A DNA stretch of 35,851 nucleotides from assembly GCA_015069065.1 (NCBI GenBank), contig SVJI01000002.1, positions 1 to 35,851 of the forward strand. Reading direction: 5' to 3'. The DNA comes from Oscillospiraceae bacterium (lineage in GTDB: Bacteria; Bacillota; Clostridia; UMGS1883). How positions within the stretch are numbered: the first letter of the stretch is position 1; the number at the start of each line of letters is the position of its first letter. The notes beneath the pieces are model-generated. The model was not told where the DNA came from, made no database searches, and saw nothing but the letters and a program-made list of their open reading frames with translations. A program made the position numbers and the translations under genes. Positions 1 through 7,711 of the stretch are shown here, piece by piece.

Positions 1-87
1 TCCAAGCACAAACGCCAAGTGTTCAGCCTCGCCGCTTATCGCTCCGTCAATGACATTACGAGGCAAATCGGTCAAATGTTTTGCCAT
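1..87 (-). CDS. Partial CDS (first 29 codons, continues past the window start). Small protein of the kind that follows the sigma-like regulator in Tn916/Tn1549-family conjugative elements (ORF8-like, putative HTH).
   Basis: Absent from the ORF track because it runs off the window. The ATG at 87-85 directly abuts the TGA (90-88) of the upstream gene, with GGAGGG 7 nt upstream. The frame is open to position 1: MAKHLTDLPRNVIDGAISGEAEHLAFVLG. The family call rests on gene order and recollection only. Confidence 0.45.
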   Translation of the reverse strand, partial: MAKHLTDLPRNVIDGAISGEAEHLAFVLG

Positions 88-504
88 TCAAAAGCCCTCC
101 TTTTCCAAAAGTTCTTTTAACTGTTTGAGTGAGCTTATCCGTCTTTTGAAAATGGTTTGCTGTATAGCTCCCAAATGCTCTCCGATTTCCTTATCGGTCA
201 TACCGACAAAGTACGAAAGCAAGATAACATCACGCTTTTGCTGTGGCAATGCTCTGATAGCATCTGCCAACATATTGCCCATAACAACAATCTCTTTATC
301 CAATACATTAAAAATATGCTGGTCTTCAAAATATTTGTCGCATACAGACAGCCTGATGATTTCATCACCCGTCAGCTCATTCAGGGATTTTTCTCTTTCT
401 CTTTGCTTTGCATTTTCTCTGTGAATATTCGTTGCTTCGTTTTTAAGCACCCGCAGACAGAATTTACAAAACTGTTTCGATATACGTATATCATTAGAAG
501 TCAT
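88..504 (-). CDS. Sigma-70 region-4-like small regulator (138 aa), typical of the ORF7-like regulator of Tn916/Tn1549-family ICEs and related mobilisable elements.
   Basis: The C-terminal LPQQKRDVILLSYFVGMTDKEIGEHLGAIQQTIFKRRISSLKQLKE is a sigma region 4.2 / LuxR-like HTH. I prefer the ATG at 504 (MTSNDIRISK) because AAAGGAGGTG lies 6 nt upstream. The track start at 591 has no RBS. Confidence 0.8.
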   Translation of the reverse strand: MTSNDIRISKQFCKFCLRVLKNEATNIHRENAKQREREKSLNELTGDEIIRLSVCDKYFEDQHIFNVLDKEIVVMGNMLADAIRALPQQKRDVILLSYFVGMTDKEIGEHLGAIQQTIFKRRISSLKQLKELLEKEGF

Positions 505-687
505 TTTTTCACCTCCTTTCCGGCAAGAAAGTCGGTGTCTTTTGTCCCTTTCACATAATGAACAACAAAAGTGCTGAAAAAACAACCGCACGAATTAAAA
601 AATTTGAATTGTTTGTGTGCCATTATGTACTGCCAAAACCGACTTTGATTTTTCGTTTTGACAGTTTGAGGTGGCGCTCTTTCATGA

Positions 688-736
688 CACAGAAAAAAGG
701 CGATACTAACCCCTTGATTAAGGTTAATATCGCCTT
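688..736 (-). terminator. Rho-independent terminator closing the long minus-strand operon.
   Basis: On the minus strand the stem is AAGGCGATA-T-TAACC, a 10-nt loop, then GGTTA-G-TATCGCCTT. The arms are 736-728/726-722 paired with 711-707/705-697. A TTTTTTCTG tail follows. It is the first such structure downstream of the last operon gene. Confidence 0.65.
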
Positions 737-972
737 GAATTCTAAAACTATTTATTTGTTTGCTATTTCCGGGGTCATAATATAAATCAGACCTCGATAT
801 CATTTTTATGTCAGTTTATCTTTTGTCAACAGTTCACACTCTTTCCAGGAATTTAAAACAATCCTCTGCTGCACATATGCATTTGGCAAGTTTGCGACAA
901 AGTTTAGGAGTAGGGATGTACGGCAGAGAACAGTATGCAAAAGTTTTATAAATGTTGATAAACTTATTTACC

Positions 973-1818
973 TTACACTCCACTATATGCACTAAATCCA
1001 CCATCAACGGGGATTACTACACCATTTACAAAACTTGACGCATCCTTGTGCACAAGGAAGAGAAGTGTTCCGATAAGCTCTTCCGCTTTTCCAAATCTAT
1101 CCATGGGTGTTGCTCCGAGGATTTTTCCTGTTCGTGCTGTCGGCGTACCATCTTCATTAAAGAGTAGCTTTTCGTTCTGTTTTGTTACAAAGAATCCCGG
1201 TGCTATTGCATTGCAACGGATATTAGTTTTGGAGAAATGCACTGCAAGCCACTTTGTAAAGTTTGATATTGCAGCCTTTGCCCCGCTATATGCAGGTATC
1301 TTTGTAAGAGGGGTATATGCATTCATACTTGAAATATTGATAATGCTTGCATCTTCCTTTTCAAGCATATCCTTTGCAAATACCTGTGTTGGCAAAAGTG
1401 TGCCGAGGAAGTTAAGATTGAAGACAAATTCTACACCCGACTTATCAAGGTCGAAGAATGTCTTCATATTTCCCATTGCTTCAGGAGTAAAGTATTCATT
1501 ATCCGTTGTTGCTTTTGGGTTGTTACCGCCTGCACCGTTAATAAGAATATCACAAGCACCAAAATCTTTTACAATTTCGTCGTGTGCTTTTTCTATGCTC
1601 TCTTTATCAAGCACATTGCATTCATATCCTTTTGCAATGCCACCGTCTGCATTTATCTTTTCAGCATAGCCTTTTGCGGCATCAACATTTAAGTCAAGCA
1701 GTGCTACCTTTGCACCTGTCTTTGCAAGTGCCTCGGCAAACATTGAGCAAAGAACTCCGCCTGCACCTGTTACTACACATACTTTGCCTGTTAAATCTAT
1801 TTCAAATGGTAATTTCAT
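973..1818 (-). CDS. SDR-family oxidoreductase, probably SDR-type D-mannonate/fructuronate oxidoreductase (UxuB-like).
   Basis: 281 aa with a Rossmann TGAGGVLCS motif, NGAGG, and the catalytic YSGAK (YxxxK). It sits immediately downstream of uxuA. The function is inferred from that pairing and from general family resemblance. Confidence 0.85.
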   Translation of the reverse strand: MKLPFEIDLTGKVCVVTGAGGVLCSMFAEALAKTGAKVALLDLNVDAAKGYAEKINADGGIAKGYECNVLDKESIEKAHDEIVKDFGACDILINGAGGNNPKATTDNEYFTPEAMGNMKTFFDLDKSGVEFVFNLNFLGTLLPTQVFAKDMLEKEDASIINISSMNAYTPLTKIPAYSGAKAAISNFTKWLAVHFSKTNIRCNAIAPGFFVTKQNEKLLFNEDGTPTARTGKILGATPMDRFGKAEELIGTLLFLVHKDASSFVNGVVIPVDGGFSAYSGV

Positions 1819-1843
1819 AAAAATAATCCTTTCGTATTATTTT

Positions 1844-1943
1844 AAATTCGAAATTAGAAGTTCGAAGTTCGAAATGAATGAGAATTTTTGCTACAGCAAA
1901 AATTTTCCATCACTTCGCATTTCGCATTTTACATTTCGCATTT
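1844..1943. repeat. Intergenic heptad tandem repeats flanking a perfect 9-bp hairpin.
   Basis: Plus-strand left arm, 1847-1881: TTCGAAA TTAGAAG TTCGAAG TTCGAAA TGAATGA. Hairpin: AATTTTTGC (1883-1891), loop TACA, GCAAAAATT (1896-1904). Right arm, 1914-1948: TTCGCAT TTCGCAT TTTACAT TTCGCAT TTAACAC. The right arm abuts and overlaps the uxuA stop codon (1942-1944). Confidence 0.8.
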
Positions 1944-2982
1944 AACACTTGCTTTTCTCCAATGTTTCCCATATACCTGCCATATACATCGCACCCAGTG
2001 CTCTGTCATAAAGACCGTAACCAGGCTTTCCTGTTTCTCCCCATATCATTCTTCCGTGGTCAGGACGAAGATAGCCCTTGAAACCACAATCGTGATATGC
2101 TTTAAGGATTTCTACTACATCAAGAGAGCCACACTCGCTTAGATGTCCGCTTTCCTCAAATGAGCCATCGGGAAGTATCTTTATATTTCTTACGTGTGCA
2201 AAGTGTATTCTTCCCATTGCACCGTATTTTCTTACCATAGCGGTATAATCGTTAAATGTTGCACAACCTAATGAGCCGCTGCAAAGGGTAAGTCCGTGAT
2301 GTACATCATCATAAAGAGAAAGGAATCTGTCGATATTCTTCTCATTTGTGATAATTCTCGGAATACCGAAAATTGACCACGGCGGGTCATCGGGGTGTAT
2401 CGCCATATTTACGTCACACTCTACGGCAACGGGGATAATTTCCTTAATAAAGTATTCAAGGTTTGCCCATAAACCTTCTTCGCCGATTGCCTTGTATTTT
2501 TCTATAAGACCTGCCATTTCATCAGGTGTATATGATGCATCCCAACCGGGAAGCGTCATCTTTGTCGGATCCATTTTGTCTACATCTTCCTTATAGTAAA
2601 CAAGTGCGTTTGAGCCGTCAGCAAGAGGCTGGTCAAGGCGTGAACGTGTCCAGTCAAATACAGGCATAAAGTTATAGCATATACACTTTACACCTGCTTT
2701 TGCAAGTCTACGTATATTCTCCTTGTAATTATCTATGTAGAGCTGGTAATTGCCCTGACGAAGCTTTATATCCTCGTGCACGGGAACAGACTCAATAACT
2801 TCCATCTCAAGTCCTTTAGCGTTCACAAGGGCTTTCATTTTATCAATTTCTTCTTGCTCCCAAACCTGACCTACGGGAACACTGTATACAGCCGTTACAA
2901 CACCTGTCATACAGGGAATCTGTCTGATATGGTCAAGAGTGATACTATCACTTTCGCCATACCAACGAAATGTCATTTTCAT
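1942..2982 (-). CDS. uxuA: Mannonate dehydratase.
   Basis: 346 aa. MKMTFRWYGESD..., SVPVHEDIK, CYNFMPVFDWTRS and AIHPDDPP are collinear with the conserved blocks of E. coli UxuA (MEQTWRWYG, SVPIHEDIK, CYNFMPVLDWTRT, AVHPDDPP). Confidence 0.93.
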   Translation of the reverse strand: MKMTFRWYGESDSITLDHIRQIPCMTGVVTAVYSVPVGQVWEQEEIDKMKALVNAKGLEMEVIESVPVHEDIKLRQGNYQLYIDNYKENIRRLAKAGVKCICYNFMPVFDWTRSRLDQPLADGSNALVYYKEDVDKMDPTKMTLPGWDASYTPDEMAGLIEKYKAIGEEGLWANLEYFIKEIIPVAVECDVNMAIHPDDPPWSIFGIPRIITNEKNIDRFLSLYDDVHHGLTLCSGSLGCATFNDYTAMVRKYGAMGRIHFAHVRNIKILPDGSFEESGHLSECGSLDVVEILKAYHDCGFKGYLRPDHGRMIWGETGKPGYGLYDRALGAMYMAGIWETLEKSKC

Positions 2983-3031
2983 ATCATCACCACTCTCTTT
3001 TTCATAATAATAAAGTTATCTTTGAAATTGT

Positions 3032-4021
3032 TTAATTTGTTATTTCTACTTTTTCTGCTGAATCAAACGCACGTATTACAACACGAAGAGGGTGCAGTTC
3101 TTCATCCTGCGACAATGGCATATCATTTCCGTATAAAAGATGCTCTGTAAGAAGTTTAAAATAGTCAACGCAGTCAGAATTTTGTGTATCTATCTCTCCC
3201 TCATCTGCACTGTGGGTATAAAGATGTGTTCTTCTTCCCCCGTCTGTAATTTCAACCATACCTTCTGTACCGAAAATCCTGATGCTTTCATTTCCCCATT
3301 TTCCAAATCCTTTTGGATTCAGATAATTAACGCACGCTGAGGCTACGCCTCCGTTTGAAAGTGTCATTAACCATGAGGATGCTGTGTAAAGTCCCTCGTT
3401 TGGGTTAATATTTCCTAAATGAGTCTGACGCACGTTTACACTTTCAACTTCCAGATCTGTAATATGCTCCAAAAAACGTATTGCGTGTATTCCTGCCTGA
3501 CGTACAAGTCCGCCATCCGTTTCTTCATCCTGCGGTCTGTTATCAATATTCAAAGGATACGATTTTTGCACATACACTTGTATAACTTCTCCTATTTTCC
3601 CGCTCTTGACTAATTTTCTTACTGTCCAGTACGGTTCAACGAATACACTGTCTGCCATTTCGTGAAATTCACATCCGTTTTCTTTTGCGGCAGTTAAAAT
3701 TCTTTCTAAACCATCTTCACTAAAGGCTGCCGGTTTTTCTGCATAAACATGCTTTCCTTCTTTCAAGCACATAATAGCATGTTTTTCCTGTTGGCTACGT
3801 TTTGGAGAACAAAGGCTTATTAAATCTATTGATTTATCTTTAAGCATTTCTTCAAGTGAAGAATATAAAATTATATTGCTACAATGCTCTTTTATTTCAC
3901 TGAAAAATGAATCAGAAACTTCGCATAATGCTACAAGCTCTGCTTCTTCATTATTATACAGCTTATAATGTATCTGATGACCGTAGCTTCCGTATAGACC
4001 TACTCGAAGTTTTTTCTTCAT
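3032..4021 (-). CDS. Gfo/Idh/MocA-family NAD(P)-dependent oxidoreductase (329 aa).
   Basis: N-terminal Rossmann segment LRVGLYGSYGHQ and the family EKP motif (HVYAEKPAA). GGGGAG RBS 8 nt upstream. No signal peptide. Confidence 0.85.
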   Translation of the reverse strand: MKKKLRVGLYGSYGHQIHYKLYNNEEAELVALCEVSDSFFSEIKEHCSNIILYSSLEEMLKDKSIDLISLCSPKRSQQEKHAIMCLKEGKHVYAEKPAAFSEDGLERILTAAKENGCEFHEMADSVFVEPYWTVRKLVKSGKIGEVIQVYVQKSYPLNIDNRPQDEETDGGLVRQAGIHAIRFLEHITDLEVESVNVRQTHLGNINPNEGLYTASSWLMTLSNGGVASACVNYLNPKGFGKWGNESIRIFGTEGMVEITDGGRRTHLYTHSADEGEIDTQNSDCVDYFKLLTEHLLYGNDMPLSQDEELHPLRVVIRAFDSAEKVEITN

Positions 4022-4027
4022 ATCGTC

Positions 4028-5209
4028 TTACTCCCCTTGAAATTCATTTAAAGATAAATCTGTATCTTTATACATCTCTACCATGTGTTCAAACAAACCC
4101 TCTGCATATAAAAGATTTTCTTTTTCTTTTAAAAGCGCTTTTTTTACAGGCTTTATACTAAACTCTTTCTGAATTTTATTTATCATTTTTGTATGCATCG
4201 CCGCCGCATCAATTCCGCAAGGACCATCATCTGTCTTTCCGTCTATTATAGCATCTACTGCCATATGAAGCTTACGGCAATTATCTGCCATTGGGTCACC
4301 ATAAACAATTTTTTCGCCACTATGCATCAATGCAGTAATGTTACCATATTCAATATATTCTTTGGGCATTAGTAATTCAGCCTCATCACACTTTTGTGAT
4401 GAGTAATATACTGTTCCTTTTTCAAAACAATATTCAAAAACTGGTTCTATGGTTTTATTCACGGGGTGTGCTGCAATAAAAGTTGCAGTTTTTCCATCAA
4501 CCTTAAACTGTATTTTTGATACGTCAAAATTCTCAATGTCATTTGCCTTCAAAAGCTCGGCAGTAACATCGGTAGGCTCTGCCGCTTCTTGGTATTTTCC
4601 CATAACAAAAAGCATATTAAAAAGATAGTGTGCGGCAGAATTATTTGCAACGCTGTCATAAACCTTTTTTCCGTCTGCAGTACAAATCTTTCCTGCCCAG
4701 CCAACTCCTCTGCCAAAGTAATCACGGTCACGAGGTCTTAAAATGAGCGTTTTCATTTCCTTTAGCTCCCCGTATTTTCCGTCTGCAATATCTCTTTTAA
4801 GCTTTGTAATCGGTTCACTGTATGACCACTGGTACCCAATATATATGAATTTCCCAGACTGCTTCTGAGCTTCTTTAAGAATTTCAATATCCTTTTCATC
4901 AGAGCAAAGCGGTTTTTCACACAAAACATTTGAGCCGTTACCAAGTGCCGTTAAAATGTGTTGTGTATGCAAAAAAATAGGAGTTGATATCACTGCTAAA
5001 TCAGCTTTATTATTTTTATAAAAGCTCTCCATATCTAAATAAACAGGTATATTTCTGATTTTTAATTCACTTATAAGCGAACATCTTTCGGGATATGGAT
5101 CAACAACACCTGTCAAATTAATTCTAGAGTTTGTTTTTTCTAAAATCTCCCTGACAAAAGTGTTTCCGTAGCCACCTATTCCAACTAAAACGACATTTAC
5201 ACATTTCAT
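4028..5209 (-). CDS. Gfo/Idh/MocA-family oxidoreductase (393 aa) with an extended C-terminal domain.
   Basis: VVLVGIGGYGNTF Rossmann segment and VLCEKPL motif. Its ATG overlaps the nagA stop (ATGA, 5206-5209), which suggests translational coupling. Confidence 0.85.
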   Translation of the reverse strand: MKCVNVVLVGIGGYGNTFVREILEKTNSRINLTGVVDPYPERCSLISELKIRNIPVYLDMESFYKNNKADLAVISTPIFLHTQHILTALGNGSNVLCEKPLCSDEKDIEILKEAQKQSGKFIYIGYQWSYSEPITKLKRDIADGKYGELKEMKTLILRPRDRDYFGRGVGWAGKICTADGKKVYDSVANNSAAHYLFNMLFVMGKYQEAAEPTDVTAELLKANDIENFDVSKIQFKVDGKTATFIAAHPVNKTIEPVFEYCFEKGTVYYSSQKCDEAELLMPKEYIEYGNITALMHSGEKIVYGDPMADNCRKLHMAVDAIIDGKTDDGPCGIDAAAMHTKMINKIQKEFSIKPVKKALLKEKENLLYAEGLFEHMVEMYKDTDLSLNEFQGE

Positions 5210-6366
5210 GCCTTTTCCTCCTTTGCAACCAACACCTTTTTAATGTTTACATCATCATCAAAAATTACTATATCTGCATCATAGCCTATTTCCAGTTTTC
5301 CTTTTGTATGAAGCTTCATTATACGTGCGGGAACTTCTGTAATCATTTTAACGGCTGATTCAAGCGGTATGCCTGTCTTTTTAACACAAGTTCTGACTAA
5401 TACATCGGTCGTTGCAATACTTCCTGCAAAAGCACTTCTGTCAGCAAGCTTTGCAACACCGTCCTCAATTATGTAGGGCACATTTCCGTTTTCGCTTGTT
5501 TCATTCTCAATATTTGTCATACCGCCGTGACGGATTGCATCTGTGACTAAACACATATGCTCTTCACCCTTTTGTTTATACACCAGCTTTAATAACTCGG
5601 GTGGCAAATGGCATCCGTCAGCTATTGTTTCAACATCTATATCGTCATATAGATATGCTGTTTCAGTTACGCCTAAAATGCGAAACCCGCCTTTTCTTGT
5701 AATGGTAGATGTGCAGGAATAAAGATGTGTAATGAGCTTCATCCCGTTTTCATATGCACTCTTTATATCTGCATATTCCGCATCGGTATGCCCTGCTGAT
5801 GCAACGATACCCTTTTCATTGAGAAACCTCAAAAATTCATCTGCACCCTCAAGCTCGGGTGCATAGCTCCAACGTGCTATAACATCGCAGTATTCAGTAT
5901 AGAGTTTCTCATATTCTGCTTTATTTGGTGTGCGTATAAAGGACGGGTCCTGTGCACCGCTTTGCTTTGGTGAAAAATACGGGCCTTCAAGATGTGCACC
6001 GTAAATGTGGGGAATTACGTCTGCACTGTCCTTATACTCCTTTAATGCAGCAAGTGCCTTTGAGGTTTTTTCGTTATCATAGGCAGATATTGTGGGATAA
6101 ATTGTTGTTGTACCATGCTTTGCGTGGACATTTGCCGCTTCCTTTATTGCTTCAAAACTTCCATCAACAAATTCATATCCTGCTCCGCCGTGAACGTGTA
6201 TGTCAACAAACCCCGCTGACACATAGTTTCCCTCTGCATCAATTTCTTCGTCAAATGGAAGTTCCATTTCCGTTATATCAAGGATTTTTCCGTTCTGTAT
6301 ATAAAGGCTCTTATTAACAATTCCAGCAGGTGTAATCAGCTTGCCGTTTTTTATTTTAGTAATCAT
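5206..6366 (-). CDS. nagA: N-acetylglucosamine-6-phosphate deacetylase family.
   Basis: 386 aa. Motifs: GFVDIHVHGGAGYEF (metal-binding HxH plus GG), HLEGPYFSP...GAQ, AGHTDA, THLYS and VTDA, all NagA hallmarks. It has a 4-nt overlap with nagB. Confidence 0.9.
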   Translation of the reverse strand: MITKIKNGKLITPAGIVNKSLYIQNGKILDITEMELPFDEEIDAEGNYVSAGFVDIHVHGGAGYEFVDGSFEAIKEAANVHAKHGTTTIYPTISAYDNEKTSKALAALKEYKDSADVIPHIYGAHLEGPYFSPKQSGAQDPSFIRTPNKAEYEKLYTEYCDVIARWSYAPELEGADEFLRFLNEKGIVASAGHTDAEYADIKSAYENGMKLITHLYSCTSTITRKGGFRILGVTETAYLYDDIDVETIADGCHLPPELLKLVYKQKGEEHMCLVTDAIRHGGMTNIENETSENGNVPYIIEDGVAKLADRSAFAGSIATTDVLVRTCVKKTGIPLESAVKMITEVPARIMKLHTKGKLEIGYDADIVIFDDDVNIKKVLVAKEEKA

Positions 6367-7121
6367 AAAAGCTTTGCCCCGCTGTCTTTATCGCAGTACA
6401 TAATTGCATTATCATGCTTACGCATAATTGTTGCAGGTAACTCCTCGTTAATTTCATTATTAACCGTCTTATATACTGCATCTGCCTTTGTAGCTGCGGG
6501 TACTGTGCAGAAGAGGTAATCTGCGTTAAAGAGCGTAGGCACTGTAAGAGTCAGGGCATATTTCGGTACATCGTCAATTTTTGCAAAGCATCCGTCATTA
6601 ACCTGCTGCTGACGGCAAACCTCATCAAGCTCTACCCTCTTAATTACCTCTTTATCATTAAAATCAGCAACCCACGGATCATTAAATGCAATGTGACCAT
6701 TCTCACCTATTCCGAGGCATACAATATCAATGGGATTTTCTTTTATAAGCTTTGTGTAGCGTGCGCAGGTTTCCTCTGCAGTTTCTCCCTCTGCATAAAT
6801 ATAATTAACGCTCTTAAACGGAAGCTTACTGAATATTGCATTCTTTAAGAAATTACCGAAGCCCTGCGGTGCATCAGGAGAAAGTCCTATGTATTCATCC
6901 ATATGAAATGCGTTTACTCTGCCCCAGTCAATTCCTTCTGCCTTAATTAAAGCTGCAAGTGTTTCATTCTGAGAGGGTGCTGCCGCAAAAATCATATTTA
7001 CTTCTTCTTTTTCAGTAAGAAGCTTTCTGATACAATCTGCTGCATCACTGCCTGCTTTGTTTCCCATTTCCTCTCTTGTATCAAAAATCATTACCTTTAA
7101 CTTGTCTTTCTGTATTATCAT
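6363..7121 (-). CDS. nagB: Glucosamine-6-phosphate deaminase/isomerase family (NagB-like; 6-phosphogluconolactonase/GlcN6P isomerase fold).
   Basis: 252 aa with FHMDEYIGL and LGIGENGHIAFNDP motifs. It is adjacent to and coupled with nagA. It has FAAAPSQ where canonical NagB has ATGxTP, so the exact substrate is less certain. Confidence 0.8.
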   Translation of the reverse strand: MIIQKDKLKVMIFDTREEMGNKAGSDAADCIRKLLTEKEEVNMIFAAAPSQNETLAALIKAEGIDWGRVNAFHMDEYIGLSPDAPQGFGNFLKNAIFSKLPFKSVNYIYAEGETAEETCARYTKLIKENPIDIVCLGIGENGHIAFNDPWVADFNDKEVIKRVELDEVCRQQQVNDGCFAKIDDVPKYALTLTVPTLFNADYLFCTVPAATKADAVYKTVNNEINEELPATIMRKHDNAIMYCDKDSGAKLL

Positions 7122-7123
7122 AA

Positions 7124-7702
7124 TTAACCCTCTTCTATACTAAATTCATAAAGTCTGTTTATTCCCTCACACGCAGTAAAGCCCACGTGAAAGGTTTCGG
7201 GGATGTCTTCGTGTTCCACAATGCCCTTTACACCGTTCACATCAATTACAAAACGCTTTTCCTCTACCTTCAGCGTAATTTCGCAAATAGCACCATCTTC
7301 AATTTTAAAATGCTCTGCCAAAATTTTTGATGGTGCTACAGGTTTTTGCGTATTTTCAGGTGTGGGAACAATTCTCCATACATTAAAACCATCCTCATAT
7401 GCAACAACTTCAAAATGCAAACCATATCGTTTTATTTCTCCGTCTAAAAACATATCGTCAGTCAATGCAATAATGGGTGCACCATAAGAATCGAAGGAGC
7501 ATTTTAGATATATCGTTACACCCGTTTTATAACGTGCCTTTGAAATCATACTGATATATTCAAAAATTCCGTCATACTCAAAATTTCTTATATGGTCATC
7601 CTCCTCAATAAACTCTCCAAAGGTTTTACATATAGGAGAATAAACATATTCAAAATCATCCTTTTGCCACCCGTTCCTTTTAAAAACGTACTCTTTCTTC
7701 AT
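7124..7702 (-). CDS. Hypothetical cytoplasmic protein (192 aa), possibly a small concanavalin/LamG-like jelly roll (reminiscent of DUF1961/YesU-type proteins).
   Basis: Uninterrupted ORF packed 2 nt from nagB and 9 nt from the upstream gene. No signal peptide. The C-terminal HVGFTACEGINRLYEFSIE resembles the last strands of lectin-like domains. The fold call is a weak guess. Confidence 0.7.
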   Translation of the reverse strand: MKKEYVFKRNGWQKDDFEYVYSPICKTFGEFIEEDDHIRNFEYDGIFEYISMISKARYKTGVTIYLKCSFDSYGAPIIALTDDMFLDGEIKRYGLHFEVVAYEDGFNVWRIVPTPENTQKPVAPSKILAEHFKIEDGAICEITLKVEEKRFVIDVNGVKGIVEHEDIPETFHVGFTACEGINRLYEFSIEEG

Positions 7703-7711
7703 AAAACCACC

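Noticed and set aside
50-558. Two plus-strand ORFs (50-424 and 157-558) opposite the sigma-like gene.
   Set aside because: They are shadow ORFs of the sigma-region-4 gene, whose HTH motif and strong RBS identify the real frame.
88-591. Longer N-terminal extensions offered by the ORF track for several genes: 88-591, 9667-10656, 10666-11877, 21212-26236, 26220-28508 and 33361-33714.
   Set aside because: In each case an internal ATG is preceded at 5-9 nt by a strong GGAGG-type RBS. That ATG also yields a canonical N-terminus (signal peptide, Rossmann or HxH start). The longer forms lack an RBS or overlap the upstream gene.
611-640. TGGCA-containing sequence (minus strand TTGGCAGTACATAATGGCACAC) as a sigma-54 promoter for the sigma-like gene.
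   Set aside because: It lacks the GG-N10-GC spacing and the TTGC -12 element, and no enhancer-binding protein gene is nearby.
501-803. 100-aa minus-strand ORF and overlapping 75-aa plus-strand ORF (558-785) in the spacer left of the operon.
   Set aside because: Both run through the terminator hairpin (697-736), lack an RBS and have implausible composition. I treat the region as non-coding.
1046-1669. 207-aa plus-strand ORF inside the SDR gene.
   Set aside because: It is antisense to a CDS with an intact Rossmann motif and YxxxK catalytic motif. Its composition is that of a typical shadow ORF.
1844-1943. Possibility that the short tandem repeats are a CRISPR array or a mini-satellite coding region.
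   Set aside because: The units are only 7 nt with no spacers, the total length is about 100 nt, and no cas genes are present. There is no open frame with an RBS.
973-7121. Reading NagA/NagB plus UxuA/SDR as proof of a glycosaminoglycan (hyaluronan/heparosan/chondroitin) locus.
   Set aside because: There are no PL8/PL12/PL21-like (alpha/alpha) lyases, no GH88/GH105 unsaturated glucuronyl hydrolase, no KduI/KduD and no uxaC in the window. The combination is suggestive but not sufficient, so the substrate is left open.
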